Shown here: piece after piece, positions 34,510-40,961 of the stretch
Numbering within the stretch: position 1 is the first letter of the stretch
How the letters are laid out: every line of letters begins with the position of its first letter
Assembly (NCBI GenBank): GCA_002269645.1
Contig: NIVC01004599.1
Location: forward strand, 1 to 40,961
Direction of reading: 5' to 3'
Source: Macrostomum lignano
Taxonomy: Eukaryota
DNA length: 40,961 nucleotides
The notes under the pieces: model-generated
Databases searched by the model: none
What the model was told of the DNA's origin: nothing
Seen by the model: the letters and a program-made list of their open reading frames with translations, nothing else
Translations under genes and position numbers: made by a program

Positions 34510-35930
34510 ACTAAGTGGGGTTATTAGTGAGTTCTTGAGTGAGTTCATGAATAATAAGTTCATGGGTGAGTTCATAGTAAAGTTTATGAGTGAGTTCATC
34601 AGTGAGTTCATGAGTGAGTGAGTTCATGAGTGATTCCATATTTGAGTTCATGAGTGATTCCATAGTTGAGTTCATGAGTGATTCCATATTTGAGTTCATG
34701 AGTGATTCCATAGTTGAGTTCATGAGTGATTCCATATTTGAGTTCATGAGTGATTCCATAGTTGAGTTCATGAGTGATTCCATATTTGAGTTCATGAGTG
34801 ATTCCATAGTTGAGTTCATGAGTGATTCCATATTTGAGTTCATGAGTGATTCCATAGTTGAGTTCATGAGTGATTCCATAGTTGAGTTCATGAGTGAGTG
34901 AGTTCATGAGTGATTCCATAGTTGAGTTCATGAGTGATTCCATAGTTGAGTTCATGAGTGATTCCATAGTTGAGTTCATGAGTGATTCCATAGTTGAGTT
35001 CATGAGTGATTCCATAGTTGAGTTCATGAGTGATTCCATAGTTGAGTTCATGAGTGATTCCATAGTTGAGTTCATGAGTGATTCCATAGTTGAGTTCATG
35101 AGTGATTCCATATTTGAGTTCATGAGTGATTCCATAGTTGAGTTCATGAGTGATTCCATAGTTGAGTTCGTGAGTGATTCCATAGTTGAGTTCATGAGTG
35201 ATTCCATAGTTGAGTTCGTGAGTGAGCTCATTGGTGAGTTCATGAGTGATTCTATATTTGAGTTCATGAGTGATTCCATAGTTGAGTTCAATGAGTGATT
35301 CCATATTTGAGTTCATGAGTGATTCCATATTTGAGTTCATGAGTGATTCCATAGTTGAGTTCAATGAGTGATTCCATAGTTGAGTTCATGAGTGATTCCA
35401 TATTTGAGTTCATGAGTGATTCCATAGTTGAGTTCATGAGTGATTCCATATTTGAGTTCATGAGTGATTCCATAGTTGAGTTCATGAGTGATTCCATAGT
35501 TGAGTTCATGAGTGATTCCATATTTGAGTTCATGAGTGATTCCATAGTTGAGTTCATGAGTGATTCCATAGTTGAGTTCATGAGTGAGTGAGTTCATGAG
35601 TGATTCCATAGTTGAGTTCATGAGTGATTCCATAGTTGAGTTCATGAGTGATTCCATAGTTGAGTTCGTGAGTGAGTGAGTTCATGAGTGATTCCATATT
35701 TGAGTTCATGAGTGATTCCATAGTTGAGTTCATGAGTGATTCCATAGTTGAGTTCGTGAGTGAGCTCATTGGTGAGTTCATGAGTGATTCCATATTTGAG
35801 TTCATGAGTGATTCCATAGTTGAGTTCAATGAGTGAGTTCATTGGTGAGTTAAAGACTCATTGGTGAGTTAAAGACTCATTGGTGAGTTAAAGAATGTAT
35901 GAGCCAGCTCATGAGTTCACGAGTGATTCA
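34510..35930. repeat. 24-bp minisatellite (about 1.4 kb) with 48-bp alternation
   Basis: Unit GAGTTCATGAGTGATTCCATA(G/T)TT with degenerate GTGAGT flanks. Confidence 0.97.
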
Positions 35931-36389
35931 TACTGAGTCCTGGATCCCGACAACCTGTTGCAGAATTCAAGCGAGCAATTAATGTTGTGCCATAAATCTT
36001 CATTGACACATAATTCCTCAACCAAGTTTGGATCTGTCCATAGAAACTAATTTGACTCAATTGGACACTGTAGGCTGCGAGCGTGACTAAGTGGACAAAT
36101 GTCTTTACTGCTAACGAGTTGCTGAGTACACTATCAGTGTTTGACTGACTGTACAATAACTGACACGTGCTCAAGCGAGCTGTTATTAATTAAAGTGTTT
36201 AGCAAACAGTCTACTTTCGCTTCAAGTGAAATCGCGCTCCCCAGACAAGGTTAAAAGAGGATTCGATGTCAGTTTCGGGGAACATTGGTGCTTGTTGCTG
36301 TGGCTGCAAAGTTGGGCCCATTTTTTGAATATTTCGAAGTATAGGTTTGAGCATGGGTGATAGAAGAGCGCTTCTTCAGAGTTTTAAGG

Positions 36390-36752
36390 TTTAGTGTCTA
36401 GTGTTTATTGTTTGGTGTTTAGTGCTTAACGTTTAGTGTTTAGTGTTTACTATTTAGTACTTTTATTGCTTAACATTTAGTGTTTAGTGTTTAGTGTTTA
36501 TTGTTCGGTGTTTGGTGTTTAGTTCTTAACGTTTAGTGTTTAGTGTTTACTATTTAGTACTTTTATTGCTTAACATTTAGTGTTTAGTGTTTAGTGTTTA
36601 TTGTTCGGTGTTTGGTGTTTAGTGTTTATTGTTCGGTGTTTGGTGTTTAGTGCTTAACGTTTAGTGCTTAGTGTTTAGTGTCTATTGTTTATTGTTTGGT
36701 GTTTAGTGCTTTAGCGTTTAGCGTTTAGTGCTTCATGTTTAGTGTTTAATGT
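36390..36752. repeat. Degenerate (TTTAGTG)n-type repeat
   Basis: TTTAGTG/TTTGGTG runs with a duplicated block of about 86 bp. Confidence 0.88.
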
Positions 36753-37865
36753 AAAAAAATTCGGTTAAAAAAATCTGCACTAGAAAACTCTCTGATTTCT
36801 TTAAAGCAAGGGGTGAGAAGAAAAGAGAAGGAATAGACGAGACGAGAAGAGAGATGAGAGGATAGAAGATGAGAAATAGAAGGGGAGAAGAGATTAGAGA
36901 GAGAAGATGAAAAAAGGTCGGAAAGGGAGATAGGACTGGAGATGAGAAAAGAGAGTTGAGAAGAGAATTAAACCTCGAGCATGCCGGATTGCTATCAGGT
37001 TAGGACGCTTCAAAAGGCCGGGGGTTGCTGACCACTTCTCTAGATCGAGCATACTATAGCAACTAATCGAATTGTAATCCTCAGGCATGTACAGTCACTG
37101 TGCCTGGGGGGGACTTGCCCTTGATGGCTGTGAATCGCAACGACAAATCCAGCATGAATTCGATCCAGTCCTCACACTACGAGTATACAGAAAGTCATTC
37201 TTCACTTTCATGTTGACTGGGACTCAAGACGTTGTGTCCACTCGGGAGTCAATGTCATGGCCTGGTTAGTAGCCATAGCCTCTATTGAATCGCGAAGATG
37301 ATGGATGCTGCTACTCAGTTTGAATATTTTCCTCATCTCACCTGCAGCGGCAGTTTCTATTTCTCCCTATACAATCTATCAGCTCAATTCGAAAAAGTGA
37401 GAGCACACAAAGCCGACCCAATGCTCAAGAAATGTCAAAGAGAGCCGCTCCCGCTAACATCTGCTGCTTCCATTTTTGTGCTGTGTGTGCTAATCGGTAG
37501 ATGGAAGCGCAATGCGAGCGAGGCTTAATGGAGCCTAGGACGGCCCCTCCTTGCTGAGCAAATATTGAGCAAGTCATATGGAGCCAGCGCATTGCAATAA
37601 TAAATTCATGCCACTGATGCCACTTCTTCTCTGACCGGATCCTCTTATAGGCACAATATATGCTAAACTGGACAACTCTTCAGCGAAATCTTTTGATGAA
37701 GCGACACTGGAGGAGGTCCCGGCCGGGGTGTTTGTGTGCTCAAGCCAAGGAGGCTGCAAACTGAACTGCAACTTGGAGAGGGTAAGCAGCTCAACTCCAC
37801 TCCACTGCCACAAAAATCCCTTTGTTTTAATTCACGAATACACTAATAAAACTGCATGGTCCACC

Positions 37866-38165
37866 ATCCTACGCCGGCGGCGACTTCAACTGGCGGGCCA
37901 CGTGATCCGAGCCGAGGGCTACTGCCCCTAACGTGCGAAGGACGTCCTGCTGCTCACCTTCCAGGGCCCGTTCAGGCGGGGTCAGGCCCGAACCAGTCGA
38001 TACGTGGACTGCCTGCTGTGCGACTCTGCTGTGGCGCCCGACACTGCCAACGGGGTGAACTTCGTCCACTCTCAGGCTCTGCGGCGCGCCATCTGATGCG
38101 CCCTGCTCTCACTGTGACTTGCATGAGGGGCTGCGTACTTTGCTGTTGATTTTGTTGCTGTTGTT
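37866..38165 (+). mobile_element. 5'-truncated RTE-like non-LTR retrotransposon 3' end
   Basis: ILRRRRLQLAGHVIRAEGYCP*...LLLTFQGPFRRGQARTSRYVDCL resembles the RTE ORF C-terminus (RRRLRWAGHV.R...G.R.RGRPR..W.D); stop at 38094-38096; short (TTG)n-like tail. Confidence 0.72.
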
Positions 38166-38809
38166 GGTAAGGACTTTCTTCACCTTGGTGAGATAAGCTC
38201 AGTCAAGTCTCTAGATGCCAAGATGGAGAACTTTGTCATCGGCAAGGTCCATGTTCCAATGCAGCTGGACCACGGGACGAAGCAGTCACCGTCATCTCAT
38301 CCGCCAATGTAATTGAGTCACTGCAGTTTTTAAACTCCAAGTTCTAGCTTTCGGTCTCCTTGACCCAGGCCGCTCGTGCGGGGCTCTTCATTCTCGGGAA
38401 GGAAGGGGGCGAACGAATCTCAAAAAATGTTGATGATGCAAGCTTGAAATTGAAATTCTGACGGCTCACAAGTGGCATAACTTCTCCCCCTGAGTGTCTC
38501 TTCCTGTTGCTTATATAATTGCCCTTACCTTTGGACAAACTGCCATACTCTTCATCAAGTAGATAAGGCTCGTGTCAATTTTAATATCAAGCCCCGACAA
38601 GTGTGCACACGTCGACTCCCCGTTGCTCACGCGCCGCTCAGAGTCCAGCAATCAAAGTGGATCTCAACTCGATGCCGAAAGGCGGGGCATCTTTTTTTAA
38701 AGGGAAAAAACTCATTTTTAATTGTCTGTTCCAGCTCAATTACAATTATGAGATTAAAATTGTGAAGAGTGAAATTTAAGGAACTAATTTTAATTGCTCG
38801 CACCTTGAC

Positions 38810-39285
38810 CCGTCAGCCTGACCAACCAGCCTGACCCACCGGCTTGATCCGTTAGCCTGACCCACCAGCCTGACCCACCAGCCTGACCGACCAGCCTGAC
38901 CACCAGCCTGACCCGTCAGCCTGACCCACCAGCCTGACCCGTTAGCCTGACCCACCAGCCTGACCCACCAGCCTGACCGACCAGCCTGACCCACCAGCCT
39001 GACCCGTCAGCCTGACCCACCAGCCTGACCCGTTAGCCTGACCCACCAGCCTGACCCAACAGCCTGACCGACCAGCCTGACCCACCAGCCTGACCCGTCA
39101 GCCTGACCCACCAGCCTGACCCGTTAGCCTGACCCACCAGCCTGACCCAACAGCCTGACCGACCAGCCTGACCCACCAGCCTGACCCGTCAGCCTGACCC
39201 ACCAGCCTGACCCACCGGCCTGACCAACCAACGTGACCCACCAGCCTCACCCTTCAGCCTGATCAAACATCCTGACCCACCAGCG
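38810..39285. repeat. 13-bp minisatellite with a 91-bp (7-mer) higher-order repeat
   Basis: Unit CAGCCTGACCCAC; the variant CGTTAG recurs at 38940, 39031 and 39122. Confidence 0.95.
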
Positions 39286-39307
39286 TGAACTTCCAATTTC
39301 AAATGCT

Positions 39308-39658
39308 ATGGGCGCCACTTTCTAATCTGATGGGCGCCACTTTCTAATCTGATGGGCGCCGCTTTCTAATTTGATGGGCGCCACTTTTTAATCTGATGGG
39401 CGCCACTTTCTAATCTGATGGGCGCCACTTTCTAATCTGATGGGCACCACTTTCTAATCTGATGGGCACCACTTTCTAATCTGATGGCGCCACTTTCTAA
39501 TCTGATGGGCGCCGCTTTCTAATCTGGTGGCGCCGCTTTCTAATCTGGTGGGCGCCACTTTCTAATCTGATGGGCGCCACTTTCTAATCTGATGGGCGCC
39601 ACTTTCTAATCTGATGGGCGCCACTTTCTAATCTGGTGGGCGCCACTTTCTAATCTGG
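39308..39658. repeat. 22-bp minisatellite, about 16 copies
   Basis: Unit ATGGGCGCCACTTTCTAATCTG. Confidence 0.96.
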
Positions 39659-40961
39659 CCACTTACTTCCTACCGCATTCCCTTGTCTCGAGTTTCAAAT
39701 CACCCACTGTTGAACTGCAAGACACTGCCGAACTGAAGGGCCCCGTTCACACCCCCACAGCCATGGTCAGATGGCCCGGTCATAACTCAACTCAGCTTGC
39801 CAATTAACTTCGTGCTCAAGTGGCTCAAGTGGCCACACGGCAGGAGAGAATATCCTCTCCGAGGGGAGCAGGGAGGGTAAGGGGAAAAGGGGAAAGGGGA
39901 GATGATCTCCTGGATCCTCAGGGGCGCCGCATACCACTGAGTATAATATATAACATAGTCAGAGTCCGAGACGCAGAAGACACCACAGAATGAGTATAAG
40001 GGGAATTTTTTGTTGAGAATTTTCCCTGTTGATTCCCACGGACTCAACGCATGTTGACTCAAGCAAGCCGCCACTCTCAGTTCAACTCAATAAGAAGGAG
40101 GAAGCAAATTTAGTGAGGTGGGGGGTTGGTGGTTTTTGAGCAGTTTTTGACGGCTATAGTCCCAGTTTTCTACCCATAGTCCCAGTGTTGAGAACCTGTT
40201 GGGCAGTCTGTTGCTGCTCTAGACTGGAGCTCCCCGTGTTCTCATGCCAGTGAGAATCGAACCCGATGTTTCTCCAGCTCAAACCCTTGGAAGACATTGG
40301 GAAACTTCAAGACTCAGCTAACCCCTGCTGCCCTCCCGCGCTGAAGATCGCCTGTAATTTAAGGCAGCGATATGAGGATCTTATATTCGAGTTTCAACTC
40401 TTATATACATACATACCTGCAGTGTGGTTTCTGAGAACCCAGTAATGCTTTGCTCCATTTTTTTCTGCTTCCGTGCAAGAGAGAACATGTAGAAAGAAAA
40501 AATTGTTTTTGAGAATCCAACCCATCTGTGACATCTCATTGTTCCTGTCCTCTCTCCTCACCCATGCTTTCTCCTGTCTAAGCTGCATGGCTAATTGATT
40601 AGGCACAACAAGCAGCTTACCTGTCTTAGCTCAATTCTTAAACTCAATTGCGCTCGAGTCGGAGGACGACAGTAAAAAAACTTAATCCCTTTGACAGGCC
40701 TTCTCAAAGCTCTTGAATTGTTTTGTTGCCAGCTTGACTTAGCACCATGCCTCCCCAGTTCAAACAAGTCTCAAGCCTTTAGTCCAACCGCTAAGGGGGG
40801 TCGCGTGCCAGCCATCCCCCCCCCTTGTCAAACGGTTTCTCATTCAAACCGTTCAAAGTTGTTTTTTGCCAGCGCGTTCCGGTCCTGTGAGTTCTTCCGA
40901 GTCTCTCTGATGCCGGAATCGGTTTTTGTTGCCACTTTTTTCTCTCTGTCGTAGTTCGCAT

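Noticed and set aside
40250-40320. Second SINE head on the minus strand (GGTTCGATTCTC B-box)
   Set aside because: The A-box is weak and there is no recognisable body or tail; insufficient support. The same applies to GGCTCGATTCC near 3589-3599.

Overview
Eukaryotic (animal) genomic DNA with GT-AG introns; there is no prokaryotic gene organisation and no CRISPR. The style (GC-rich poly-Q exons, minisatellite-filled introns, intronless neighbours) suggests a free-living flatworm such as Macrostomum, but this is inference only. Five host genes are recognisable. On the minus strand: FNIP (5' part, frame-disrupted), a complete 11-exon SHPRH (about 1538 aa), PAF1 and an adrenodoxin-type ferredoxin (FDX1). 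On the plus strand: RSPH3 (4 exons). Mobile DNA comprises a full-length mariner with perfect TIRs but a D->N catalytic change, a hAT-type MITE, a CORE-SINE, a MULE-like foldback element, and piggyBac, RTE-LINE and RecQ relics. About 11 kb (roughly 28%) is tandem repeat. The most notable signals are: (i) 9 of 10 SHPRH introns are each filled by a different minisatellite, three of which share a core that reads as a 5' splice-site mimic on the pre-mRNA; (ii) a sharply bounded, almost CpG-free domain over the TE/RecQ relics; (iii) clustered frame disruptions in FNIP, probably assembly indels. All coordinates, counts and homologies were derived by eye and from memory of the protein families; no database search was run.
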